32,000 nucleotides of DNA from Candidatus Jordarchaeales archaeon (GTDB taxonomy: Archaea > Asgardarchaeota > Jordiarchaeia > Jordiarchaeales > Freyrarchaeaceae). A program made the position numbers and the translations under genes. The notes under the pieces are model-generated. The model was not told where the DNA came from. It saw only the letters and a list, made by a program, of their open reading frames with translations, and made no database searches. This document shows positions 17,734-26,748 of this stretch, piece after piece. Position 1 is the stretch's first letter. Every line of letters begins with the position of its first letter. Where the stretch lies: NCBI GenBank assembly GCA_038889235.1, contig JAWAHN010000003.1:353703-385702 (forward strand), read 5' to 3'.

Positions 17734-18618
17734 TTATAGAGGTGACAAAAAACAGGTGTTCTTTTTACTTTTTTGAGTGGCTTCGTAGATGGCTTCTAGG
17801 AACTCTTCGAGCGTTGGGCTCCACTGAAGGTATACTATCATCTTCCTCGTGCCGTGTAAGATCGTTCCTTGAACGCTTGCCTTGCAGCATCTGACCACGT
17901 AGCAGTCGGCTTCCACACGCGCCTTGCGTGCAAGATGGGCGGGGCACATGTCGACCAGCCTTACTTTGAGCGAGGGGTTTACTTCTCTGAGCGTTGCTAG
18001 GGTTACAGGACACCCTAGGAGCGTGTAGTTTCCTTCTATGCTTGCTATTCTCTCGGCGTCCCTGTCGAGGGTGAGTATGCTGTCTGACTCATCTATCTTG
18101 CACGGCGTTATGAGGTTTCTTTCTCCCCTAACTAGGTCGAGTATGTTGACCACGGTTGCTGAGAACTTTGTGTCGCGTCTCACCAGCCCCTCTGCAACCG
18201 CCTTGTTGGCGTAGTCTACTAGTTTTGGGGGTGGGGGTTCCACCTCCACCAAATGGACATGAATCCCCGGTGGCTCGAAAAAGGCTAGGCCTATGTGTTG
18301 ATACCTTGCCTTGTATGCCACGCAGCGCACCCTTCCAGCGACGAACTTGGAGGTGGCGGATAAGACCTCTCTTTTCGATGAGGGGTCGACGTCTATGCTG
18401 ACGAAGAGTGTTTCGCTCTCACTGCTGGTCTGCTGAACTTCCACTACTTTTCTCAGGAACCCGTCCCCTTCAGACCTCACTCTAAATGAGCGCCACTCGC
18501 CTCCCTCGCCTGCCAACACATACTCTGTCAGATGGAAGATGCGCTTTCCCAAGAGGTCTTCGGCTTCAACCTTACCCTCAACTACCTTGACTTTTTGCGG
18601 GTGAACTACCTTGGGCAT
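17734..18618 (-). CDS. Uncharacterised Cys-containing protein co-transcribed with the LipS2-like radical SAM gene
   Basis: 294-aa ORF with normal composition starting 13 bp after the radical SAM stop. Contains TPCK, LGCP, MCP and RCC motifs. Confidence 0.75.
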   Translation of the reverse strand: MPKVVHPQKVKVVEGKVEAEDLLGKRIFHLTEYVLAGEGGEWRSFRVRSEGDGFLRKVVEVQQTSSESETLFVSIDVDPSSKREVLSATSKFVAGRVRCVAYKARYQHIGLAFFEPPGIHVHLVEVEPPPPKLVDYANKAVAEGLVRRDTKFSATVVNILDLVRGERNLITPCKIDESDSILTLDRDAERIASIEGNYTLLGCPVTLATLREVNPSLKVRLVDMCPAHLARKARVEADCYVVRCCKASVQGTILHGTRKMIVYLQWSPTLEEFLEAIYEATQKSKKNTCFLSPL

Positions 18619-18630
18619 CGCAAACCCACG

Positions 18631-19653
18631 CTACAAGTCTCTTTGTGGTACTATGTCGCAGGCCGTGCATTTGAGACACATTGTTCTGAACTTACGCGTG
18701 TCCAGTCCGGTCTCGTCGAGGACTTCCTTGTAGTTCACCGCGTGCCTTATCATCCTCTCTGCACTTGGTCTTCTAGCCTTGCCTCCAGTGGCCTCAGATA
18801 GTCTCTCAGCCACGGCAGGGTGGATGCTTAGGGGTCTAAGTGACGCCACGACACCCATCCACGCCAGGGCCCTTGCGCCCTCGTCTATAGACTGCTCTGG
18901 CTCGCCTAACCCAACTATTATGTTTGAGCAAACCTTGTTCTCTCCGAAGACCTCGACCGCGTACCTCACCATTTCGAGGTTAACGTCGTAGTCTATGTCT
19001 GGGCAGACCCTTCTAAATGTTTCAGGGTCGTAGCTCTCAACGTTTATCTTTATCTCGTCCGCTCCAGCCTCGTAGAGCATGTCTATATGGCGCCGCTCTG
19101 TTACCAGTGGCTCAACCCCTATTGGGAGGCTGTCCCCGAAGTGCTCCCTTAGCGCCTTAACAACGCTAGCCATGTGCTTCACGCTTTCTTCCGGACTGTC
19201 AGGGACGCCTGTCGTGAGGGCTACCCCTTTGATTTTCTCCCTCACCCTATTGACTATTCTGACGACCACTTCTTCTCTCATCGTGCGTCTGTTGACGTGG
19301 GAGGAGAGAAGGGGAGTTACGCAGAAGCGGCAGTTGAAGCGGCACCTAGAGTCGAGGTTGAGGAACGCTTGCTCTGGGCAGTGGAGGACGCTCTCAACTT
19401 CGATCGCAGGGTAAAGCTCACCTTGGAAGAGTATCCCTTTTCTGGGGATGTACGAGCAAACGTTAGTGGTTGGCGAGATTTGGAGGCGGACGAGTCTGCC
19501 TTCGAAGCCGAAAAAGGCGCAGTCGATCCCAGCGGTTGGGCCGGCCGTTGAGCGGTCTGGCGTGTAGAGCAGCTGTTTCTTGTCCGCCACACGTATCATA
19601 CCATGCTCTAAGAGTTTGGCTTTGAGCAGTGTTGCTTTTGGGACATCCAACAC
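18631..19653 (-). CDS. Radical SAM protein, biotin-synthase-related (LipS2-like)
   Basis: CRFNCRFC SAM-cluster motif and a C-terminal TMCLKCTACD Cys cluster. Lies next to lplA and a LipS1 homolog. Confidence 0.75.
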   Translation of the reverse strand: MLDVPKATLLKAKLLEHGMIRVADKKQLLYTPDRSTAGPTAGIDCAFFGFEGRLVRLQISPTTNVCSYIPRKGILFQGELYPAIEVESVLHCPEQAFLNLDSRCRFNCRFCVTPLLSSHVNRRTMREEVVVRIVNRVREKIKGVALTTGVPDSPEESVKHMASVVKALREHFGDSLPIGVEPLVTERRHIDMLYEAGADEIKINVESYDPETFRRVCPDIDYDVNLEMVRYAVEVFGENKVCSNIIVGLGEPEQSIDEGARALAWMGVVASLRPLSIHPAVAERLSEATGGKARRPSAERMIRHAVNYKEVLDETGLDTRKFRTMCLKCTACDIVPQRDL

Positions 19654-19717
19654 TTTACACCTTTCTCGTCAAAGTTTTATTCTTAGGGAGACTTGTTTAA
19701 GTGACCTGCGTGAACGG

Positions 19718-20749
19718 GTGAAGCCCTTGAAGAAAAACCTTGCGGAGATACTCGAGAAAGCCATCCAGAAGCCGTTGACGGCCGGTGAAGCTGAGCGGCT
19801 CCTAGCGGAGCGAGGGCACATAGACGATCTCCTAAGGGTGGCGAGGGAGGTGACTGAGGAGCAGGGGGGGAGAGTGTTAAAAGTTTACGCTCCATCCAAG
19901 CGTTTTCCGCCAATATCGGTGACGGGTGGGAGGTGCGAGCTTAACTGTGCACATTGCGGTGGACACTACCTTTCCCACATGATCCCAGCCGAGACGCCTG
20001 AGAGACTTTACGAGGTTTGCGTCGGCCTTTACGAGAAGGGGGCTGTGGGCTGCCTTATAAGTGGGGGGAGCACTAGTGGAGGGTACGTTCCTCTTGGACC
20101 CTTTATCGGGGCGATTAGGAGAGTTAAGGCTGAAACGGGCTTGATTTTGAACGTCCACACGGGGCTTGTGGACGACGTGCTTGCAAGGCAGCTGGCTGAG
20201 GCTGGGGTGGATGTGGTTTCTCTGGACGTTGTAGGTGACACTGAGACTGTGAGGGCGGTTTACGGGCTTGACAGGAGGGCTGAAGACTACTTTGAAGCTT
20301 TGCACAGGCATGTTAAGGCAGGTTTAAAGCACGTTGTACCCCACATATGCGTCGGGCTGCACTATGGGGAGTTGAGAGGGGAGTTAAAGGCGCTTGAGGC
20401 TGTTAAGTCTGTGAAGCCGAAGAAGCTTGTGTTCATAGTTCTCACTCCGACTAAGGGGACCCGGATGGAGGGTGTCGCGCCTCCGAGCCCGCTGGACGTG
20501 GTGAAGGTCATGGCTGTTGCGAGGCTCGTGATGAAGGACACGAAGATAATTTTGGGGTGCATGAGGCCGGCTGGAAGGGTGAGGGAGAAGCTCGACGTGC
20601 TCGCGCTGGACGTCGTAGACGGAATTGTTCTGCCTGTGAGGGAGGCGGTTAGGGAGGCCGAGAGAAGGGGGTTCGCCGTTGAGAAGCTTGAGTCTTGTTG
20701 CGCTATTCCACAAGAGCTTGAGGTTGCGGCCAGCCGGAAGGGCTACTAG
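19718..20749 (+). CDS. lipS1: Radical SAM lipoyl synthase subunit LipS1-like
   Basis: CELNCAHC, plus the GCMR and C-terminal CC motifs characteristic of archaeal LipS1. Start refined to GTG 19718. Confidence 0.75.
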   Translation: MKPLKKNLAEILEKAIQKPLTAGEAERLLAERGHIDDLLRVAREVTEEQGGRVLKVYAPSKRFPPISVTGGRCELNCAHCGGHYLSHMIPAETPERLYEVCVGLYEKGAVGCLISGGSTSGGYVPLGPFIGAIRRVKAETGLILNVHTGLVDDVLARQLAEAGVDVVSLDVVGDTETVRAVYGLDRRAEDYFEALHRHVKAGLKHVVPHICVGLHYGELRGELKALEAVKSVKPKKLVFIVLTPTKGTRMEGVAPPSPLDVVKVMAVARLVMKDTKIILGCMRPAGRVREKLDVLALDVVDGIVLPVREAVREAERRGFAVEKLESCCAIPQELEVAASRKGY

Positions 20750-21498
20750 ATGTTTCTCTCAACCCAGCTTAGGATTCCCTTCACGGCCTCCCTGTTCCCT
20801 CTGACGTGGTGCCCAACTCCCTTTACGATCAGCATGTCTTTAGGGGGCCTAGCTGCCTCAAATAACTTGTATGCTTCTTCCACGGGGAAGATCTCGTCTT
20901 CCTCACCGTGGACTACCAGTAGGGGCTTCGGGGAGACCTTGTGTATGAACAGCTTCGGGTTTAGCTCCCTTAGGTCTCGCTCTAGGTTCTCCAGCCATTT
21001 GTCTCCAAGCCTTATTATTCCCGCGGAGCCAGCCAGTCTGACCCCTTCCCGGAGCATTTGAGCGAAGCGCTCTGTGTCGTAGGGGCATGAGCAGCATGCG
21101 AAGCCACTCACCCTGCCGTCTGTTGCAGCGACGCTCGCAGCAGCTATGGCGCCCATGCTGAAGGCGACGACGAAAAACTTGTTTAAGCTAGTCTCTCCGA
21201 GCGAGGAGATGTAACTTATCACGTCGCGCAGGTTCTTGGACCACGATGAGAGGGAGAAGTAGCCGCCGCTTCCAACAGTACCCTGAAAGTTGAATATGAC
21301 GCTTACGAAGCCCTTGCTGGCAAACTCCTCCGCTAAAGTCGAGTAACCTTTCTCCTCCACCGGTCTTGCCTCACGCGGCAAACCGTGGCAGAAGCACACG
21401 GCAACCTCCTTAGCGCCTTCGCCGGGTAAGTATATGGCTCCTCTGAGAGGTATTCCTCCGCTAGAGACCGAGAAGGGTTTAACCTTCAAATGGGCCAC
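20746..21498 (-). CDS. Alpha/beta-fold hydrolase
   Basis: FCHG oxyanion motif, AFSMG nucleophile elbow, HGEEDE acid and GVGHH histidine. Confidence 0.88.
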   Translation of the reverse strand: MAHLKVKPFSVSSGGIPLRGAIYLPGEGAKEVAVCFCHGLPREARPVEEKGYSTLAEEFASKGFVSVIFNFQGTVGSGGYFSLSSWSKNLRDVISYISSLGETSLNKFFVVAFSMGAIAAASVAATDGRVSGFACCSCPYDTERFAQMLREGVRLAGSAGIIRLGDKWLENLERDLRELNPKLFIHKVSPKPLLVVHGEEDEIFPVEEAYKLFEAARPPKDMLIVKGVGHHVRGNREAVKGILSWVERNI

Positions 21499-21568
21499 CG
21501 GGCTTCTAGCGATAACGGCTTAGTTTTAGTTCAAGGTTTAAAGGCGGTTAAAAGATTTCTCCTTCACT

Positions 21569-23839
21569 TTAGACCACATCTACTTGTCTTTCACTAATGG
21601 TTTGCGGCTTTTTCTTCACCAGTGATTCCACGAAATCTTCTATTACCTTGCCGTAGAATCTTACCGCTCCTTCTTGCACCGAGACTGTTGCAACTGGCGG
21701 GTTTTCCGCGTCTACTGGGGCTATTAAGACCTCTTTGTCGTCGATCACCAGGCCCCAGAACGCCGCCTCCCTGCACCAGTAAATTTCCACGTTGTCTAGC
21801 AAAGCAAGCTCTCTCAAGATAGGGAGTTCCACAGCCACTTGAACAGCTATCTTCACTTTCACATCGCTTCTCACCTGCTTAACAGCTTCTAGGACCTCGT
21901 TGTGAGGCTGGGGGAGGACCAGTGTAACAGACTTCTTAGCCCGACCCAGCATTCCGGCCATGTGCTTGGCTATGGAGTTTTTCCCTACAATCGTCCACGT
22001 GCCGCTGTACACTGGAGCAACTTCTAACGAGCTGTTCCACACGTCCTCCAGCGTTTTAACGCCATCCTCCATCCTGGAGACGACATCCTCCATGGCATTC
22101 TCGGTCCTTTTGCCTGCTTCCTCTAGGCTGCCCGCCGCGGCTTCGAGATCGCGCACCGCTTTTTGGTTGATTGCCCCCACTCTTTCGGAGATCTTCCTTT
22201 TAACTTCCACAAGTTTATCGCTTTGCTCTCTTCTCAAGTCCTTAACGAGAGCCTCGCCCTTCATATCGTACTCGTGCAGCCTCTCTTGAATAGTCTGCGA
22301 TAGTTTCCTACGCAGGATTAGCGCACTGAACTCTAGAAGCTTGACGGCTTCGGCGACGCTCTTCGTGTAGGATGACAGGAGGTCTATTACCTCCTTCGCG
22401 TATGACGAAAGGGAGGCCACAAGACTCCTAGTTAGGTTCTTGAACTCGTCGCGCATAAATGATAGCACCGCGTTTGTCGTGTCCTCGCAGCTCCTAGTGC
22501 TTCTTAGGAGTGAAGAGTTTATTTCGTCAGTGACCTTTGATTCGAAAAGTTCCGGGAACACGCCAAGCCTATCTTCGATATCCCTCTTGATAGATTGGAG
22601 AGCGTTCTTCAGGTTTTCCTGCTCCTCGTTGATTGTGCTGGTAACATTCTTTACTACTTCATCTTCAACGGTTCTCAAAGTGTCAGCTTCGATGGCCAGT
22701 ATTTCGTTGTAACTTTCTTGAACAGAGGTCGCCAGCTTTAACAGCTCACGTGACCAAGCTTCCAGGGCCGACTTGATCCTGGAAATGCCAGACGACCCGA
22801 AAAAGGACGTTTTAATATTGCTGATGAATTCCAGCTCCTTTGCCACGACTAGTGCCCTACTGACTAGCTCGTTGAGTTTAGAGTGGAGGACTTTAAAGGC
22901 TTCAAGCTCCCTCCGGATTCCGCTGGCAACGGTTTGCACGAACTTTCTACTGCCGGATTGGAGGAGGCTGCTTACCCTAACAGCGACCCCTTCAACTAGC
23001 CAGCTCGCATCAACCTCGCACTTCTCGGTGAACGCCCTCAGCTGCTTCATCTCCTCTCCTATGGTTTTCCCGAGAAACTGCACCAGTTCTTCGACAACCC
23101 TGACGTGGTTTTTGTAGTGGTTTTCAAGCAATGCCTCCATGTGCGCTGCAAGCTGGTCCAATCTTCTAGAAACCTCGTTCTGGAGGGCCCCTATGAGCTT
23201 TATTTGAGCATCAACCACAGCGCGCACGCTGCCGTCAACACGCTTTAAAAACTCTTGCGTCATCTCAGAAAGGGAGACAGCATTCCCCTCAAAACGGTCA
23301 ACTTCCACCATTTTAACCATTGAAGTTGACAAGAAAGAGCTTAGTAACTCCTCTACTGAAACGGCAACCCCCCTTAAGACGTCACTACCCTCCTCAACAA
23401 ATTTCGCATATCTCTTCGCTACAGAATCCATCAGAGAAGCCATGTCACCAGACGTACCCTCAAGCTCAACCGATATACATGAAGCAACCTGCTTCGAAAG
23501 CTCACGAAGGCGCTTAGAGGCCTCCTCGAAGTAAGAGGAAACCTCGCCCTTGAGAGCGTTTATCTCCCCCAAAGTCCTCTCGTAAAGTTCTATGAAAAGT
23601 TCTAAGAAGGGTGTGAGCGCCACATAACGGTCGACAACTGCTGGAAGTTTGCGCAGAAAGCCACGCTCAACAAGTCGGTCGACAACGTCTCTAACAGACT
23701 CGTAGGGAAGTGACAGGTGAGAGGCCAAGTCGTATACCGAAAATTCGCCCAGAGAAAGTGCAACAAGATAAACGTTAACTTCACTTTCACTAAGGCCAAA
23801 CTGTCCCAACAACTCTTTTGAAACTATTTTCAGAGGCAT
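21569..23839 (-). CDS. TrmB-like wHTH regulator with about 500-aa coiled coil and C-terminal PLD-like domain
   Basis: FGLSESEVNVYLVAL...LVERGFL...RYVALTP wHTH, then a long helical region, then IVGKNSI..MLGRAKKSVTLVLP...LVIDDKEVLIAP. Confidence 0.8.
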   Translation of the reverse strand: MPLKIVSKELLGQFGLSESEVNVYLVALSLGEFSVYDLASHLSLPYESVRDVVDRLVERGFLRKLPAVVDRYVALTPFLELFIELYERTLGEINALKGEVSSYFEEASKRLRELSKQVASCISVELEGTSGDMASLMDSVAKRYAKFVEEGSDVLRGVAVSVEELLSSFLSTSMVKMVEVDRFEGNAVSLSEMTQEFLKRVDGSVRAVVDAQIKLIGALQNEVSRRLDQLAAHMEALLENHYKNHVRVVEELVQFLGKTIGEEMKQLRAFTEKCEVDASWLVEGVAVRVSSLLQSGSRKFVQTVASGIRRELEAFKVLHSKLNELVSRALVVAKELEFISNIKTSFFGSSGISRIKSALEAWSRELLKLATSVQESYNEILAIEADTLRTVEDEVVKNVTSTINEEQENLKNALQSIKRDIEDRLGVFPELFESKVTDEINSSLLRSTRSCEDTTNAVLSFMRDEFKNLTRSLVASLSSYAKEVIDLLSSYTKSVAEAVKLLEFSALILRRKLSQTIQERLHEYDMKGEALVKDLRREQSDKLVEVKRKISERVGAINQKAVRDLEAAAGSLEEAGKRTENAMEDVVSRMEDGVKTLEDVWNSSLEVAPVYSGTWTIVGKNSIAKHMAGMLGRAKKSVTLVLPQPHNEVLEAVKQVRSDVKVKIAVQVAVELPILRELALLDNVEIYWCREAAFWGLVIDDKEVLIAPVDAENPPVATVSVQEGAVRFYGKVIEDFVESLVKKKPQTISERQVDVV

Positions 23840-23947
23840 CCCCTTTCCCGCCTGAAGAATTCACTAATTAATTATGGATTTTTCAAAATAATTAATCTTT
23901 TTCGGTAAAAATCGCATTGGCCTCATCGCCATCTTTGGAGAGAACAA

Positions 23948-23986
23948 GGAGGAGGGGGAGGAGGGCGTGTTGGGAGGAGGGGAGAG
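23948..23986. repeat. Second GGAG-rich purine tract
   Basis: GGAGGAGGGGGAGGAGGG...GGGAGGAGGGGAGAG within an otherwise AT-rich intergenic region. Confidence 0.6.
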
Positions 23987-24144
23987 ATTCCGGCTCGGCC
24001 GGTTAAAACTTTTAAGCAGTGTGGCATATAAATTTTTTCATAAAAGCATTACCATTGTTAAAAACATTCATTATTTGAAGACCAGAAATTGAATAAATCG
24101 CAATAACCATTTAATTTGCAACCAGGATAACGAATTAAAGTTGA

Positions 24145-24834
24145 TTAGTCAGCCAGGCTGTTTGCCCGCTGCTGCTCCTCTGTGCTGTTTATGTGGAAGC
24201 CGCAGACAGAGCAGTAAACGGGATTGGAGCGGAACTCTGCCTTGCAGTTTGGGCATATAGTTTTAACTGTGCCCCCGTCTAGTAGTTCCACGGTGTTTCT
24301 GCGCTTCGATGTGAGTATTTTCGACGTGTAAGCGCCTAGTCCTAGAGCTAGGACAGCGAAGAGGTATCCTGTGGTGTAAGTTATGATGGGGTTTGCTTGC
24401 ATGAGTGTTAGGAGGAGCCAGGTGTATGTGTGCCTTGTGCTAAGCCCCCAGAGGAACACGAATGTGATGAAAAGAAGGGTGAGCGACGATGACTTGAGTG
24501 TGCCTTTAGGGTCATTGGAGAGCGCGGCGAGTATGAAGCTGGTTGAGAACCAGAGGAACATGACTGGTATTCTGAAGTCGAGCTCCGCTAAGTAGTAGAG
24601 AGGGATGTTGTGGAGGAGAGCTGTCGGTGGGACGGGCTTGTAGTTGAAGGCAGTTGACAGGGCGACCTGTATAACGCTAATAAGCCTGCCAGAGAAGTCG
24701 TAGCCGTAGATTGGCTGGGAGAAAAGGCTTAGCTCGATGTTGAAGAGGAAGTTTATGGCTAGGAGGACGAAGGATGTGGCGAGTATGGGTTCGAAATCTT
24801 TGACTTGTTGTTGGATGTTTTTCATGGAGCTCAC
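24145..24834 (-). CDS. Membrane protein with C-terminal zinc ribbon
   Basis: About four hydrophobic helices followed by CPNC...CSVC. Confidence 0.75.
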   Translation of the reverse strand: MSSMKNIQQQVKDFEPILATSFVLLAINFLFNIELSLFSQPIYGYDFSGRLISVIQVALSTAFNYKPVPPTALLHNIPLYYLAELDFRIPVMFLWFSTSFILAALSNDPKGTLKSSSLTLLFITFVFLWGLSTRHTYTWLLLTLMQANPIITYTTGYLFAVLALGLGAYTSKILTSKRRNTVELLDGGTVKTICPNCKAEFRSNPVYCSVCGFHINSTEEQQRANSLAD

Positions 24835-24884
24835 CGGTTTGCTGTGACTCGAGAGAGGGGGTTGCTGGACATTTTTAGTGCCGT

Positions 24885-25211
24885 CTACCGGACTCTGGTT
24901 CCTGGGGGGACGTCTTCTTCGACCGTTAGGGGGACTGGTCTTCCGTTGACGTCCGCTGCGAGAAGCATGCCTCTCGACTCGACTCCCATGAACTTTTTCG
25001 GCTCAAGGTTTGCGAGTACTACCACCTTCTTCCCCACAATGCTCTCGGGGGGTATATACTCCGCGATTCCCGCCACAATTTGTCTAGGCTCGTTTTCCCC
25101 TATGTCAACTAGTAGTTTCACGAGCTTTCTTGAGGACGCCACTTTCTCCGCTTTGACCACCTTGCCTACACGGATGTCCATTTTCGCGAAGTCTTCCAGT
25201 GAGACGGTCAA
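24885..25211 (-). CDS. Stand-alone tRNA-binding OB-fold protein (Trbp111/MetRS C-terminal-like)
   Basis: DFAKMDIRVGKV, RQIVAGI, VLANLEPKKFMGVESRGMLLAA. Confidence 0.92.
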   Translation of the reverse strand: MTVSLEDFAKMDIRVGKVVKAEKVASSRKLVKLLVDIGENEPRQIVAGIAEYIPPESIVGKKVVVLANLEPKKFMGVESRGMLLAADVNGRPVPLTVEEDVPPGTRVR

Positions 25212-25224
25212 CCAACATCCTCCT

Positions 25225-26439
25225 CTACTGCACTAGCTGCAGCTTTCTCAACTCGTTGAGCAGCTTTAGGAGCTTGACATTCCCCTTAGCGGCGGCTCTT
25301 AGAACGACGCCTATCTTCTTCCCGGCTGTTAGCTCTACCACGTTCTCGCCTGTAAGTACTTTTGCCAACTCGTCCAGGACCTCGTCGTCTGTTTCCTCGA
25401 GAAGGTTTCTAAGAGCCAGCATCTGGCTGAACTCGTGCCCATACTTCTCTCTCCAGAGGACCTCGTACTTCGAGAGGGCTTTCTCGCTCACATCCCCTTT
25501 CTCTATGCATTCCATCGCCACTTTTCCAGCTATGCTGCCGCAAACTATAGCGTACCCCATGCCACCCCCAGTTATCGGGTGAACTTGCCCAGCCGCATCA
25601 CCCACAAGCATAAGTCCGTCGGCGACGTTCTTGGCGTTGGGGCCTCCTAGGGGTATTGCTCCAACCCTGAACTCGATCGGCTTCGCATTCTTGCAAAGCT
25701 CTTTTCCGCGCGGGTTATTCTTTATGAAGTCCATTAGGTATTCGTACGCGGTTTTCTCTCCCATTCCGGCTCCTATCCCTATTCCAACATTAGCCCTGTT
25801 CTCGCTCTTGGGGAAAACCCAGATGTACCCTCTCGGTGCAACTTTACGTCCGAGGTAAAACTCCATGAGGTCGACGTCCTCTATGTGGACTCCAACCATT
25901 TCGAACTGAGCGCTAACGTCTAGGTCCCGTGGCTTAATGAACTTCCTCAGCCCCGAGATTCGAGCAACCGTGCTGTTGACACCGTCAGCTCCAACGACCA
26001 CCTCCCCCCGTACTTCAACCTTGTTCCCGAAGTAGCGTGCCACGACACCGGAGACCTTGCCATCTTCGTAAATTAAGTCGACTACGTTTGCGCCAACCAT
26101 CACATCGGCCCCAAGCTCGCATGCGCGTGCAAGAAGCTCCTTGTCGAAAACACGTCTGTCGACGATATACCCTTCAACCTCACTTTTGGCGTAGACCACT
26201 GGTGTCAAGTTTGGACTGAAAATCTTGAACCCCCTGATAGGGTTCACTATGGCTCTCTTGGGAATATCTATCTCGGCTATGCTTGGACCTGTCTTACCGA
26301 TGGCCTCGCCACAGTGGACAGGGACTCCCACGTTCGTCTTTCTTTCAAGTATTACAACCTTGCCGCCGGCTTTAAGGGCGGATATTGCTGTCGACGTGCC
26401 ACCTGGCCCAGCACCAACAACAACCAAGTCGTACTTCAT
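25225..26439 (-). CDS. Digeranylgeranylglycerophospholipid (geranylgeranyl) reductase
   Basis: VVGAGPGG, PVHCGEA, GADGVNS, PRGYIWVFPK and VGDAAGQVHPITGGGM. Confidence 0.92.
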   Translation of the reverse strand: MKYDLVVVGAGPGGTSTAISALKAGGKVVILERKTNVGVPVHCGEAIGKTGPSIAEIDIPKRAIVNPIRGFKIFSPNLTPVVYAKSEVEGYIVDRRVFDKELLARACELGADVMVGANVVDLIYEDGKVSGVVARYFGNKVEVRGEVVVGADGVNSTVARISGLRKFIKPRDLDVSAQFEMVGVHIEDVDLMEFYLGRKVAPRGYIWVFPKSENRANVGIGIGAGMGEKTAYEYLMDFIKNNPRGKELCKNAKPIEFRVGAIPLGGPNAKNVADGLMLVGDAAGQVHPITGGGMGYAIVCGSIAGKVAMECIEKGDVSEKALSKYEVLWREKYGHEFSQMLALRNLLEETDDEVLDELAKVLTGENVVELTAGKKIGVVLRAAAKGNVKLLKLLNELRKLQLVQ

Positions 26440-26455
26440 ACATTCCCCCTCCAAA

Positions 26456-26629
26456 CTACTTAGACTCGACGGTTATCGCTCCAACCGGGCACACGCCCGC
26501 GCAGACGCCACAGTCATTACAGAGCTCGCTGTTCACAGTTAACCCCCTTTCGGAAACACTTATAGCTCCTCTAGGACACACGCTTGCGCATCCGGAACAA
26601 ACTCCACAAAGCTCATCATTGACCCTCAA
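26456..26629 (-). CDS. 2x[4Fe-4S] ferredoxin (57 aa; absent from the ORF track)
   Basis: Manual translation MRVNDELCGVCSGCASVCPRGAISVSERGLTVNSELCNDCGVCAGVCPVGAITVESK contains two CxxCxxCxxxCP motifs. TTG start follows GGAGGG. Confidence 0.92.
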   Translation of the reverse strand: MRVNDELCGVCSGCASVCPRGAISVSERGLTVNSELCNDCGVCAGVCPVGAITVESK

Positions 26630-26748
26630 GCGGAACCCTCCATATGCTAAGGACGCGAAAACGTTAACGGCAAAACCATTAGATTAGCTATCCTTATAAA
26701 GGATTCCCGGGAGGCGGTGGGGGAACAAAATAAAAAGAGGGAGTTTTA

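Noticed and set aside
18631-20749. Biotin synthase (bioB) or classical lipA assignment for the radical SAM genes
   Set aside because: The BioB 2Fe-2S ligands and the LipA N-terminal CX4CX5C motif are not seen. Motifs and context fit LipS1/LipS2 better.
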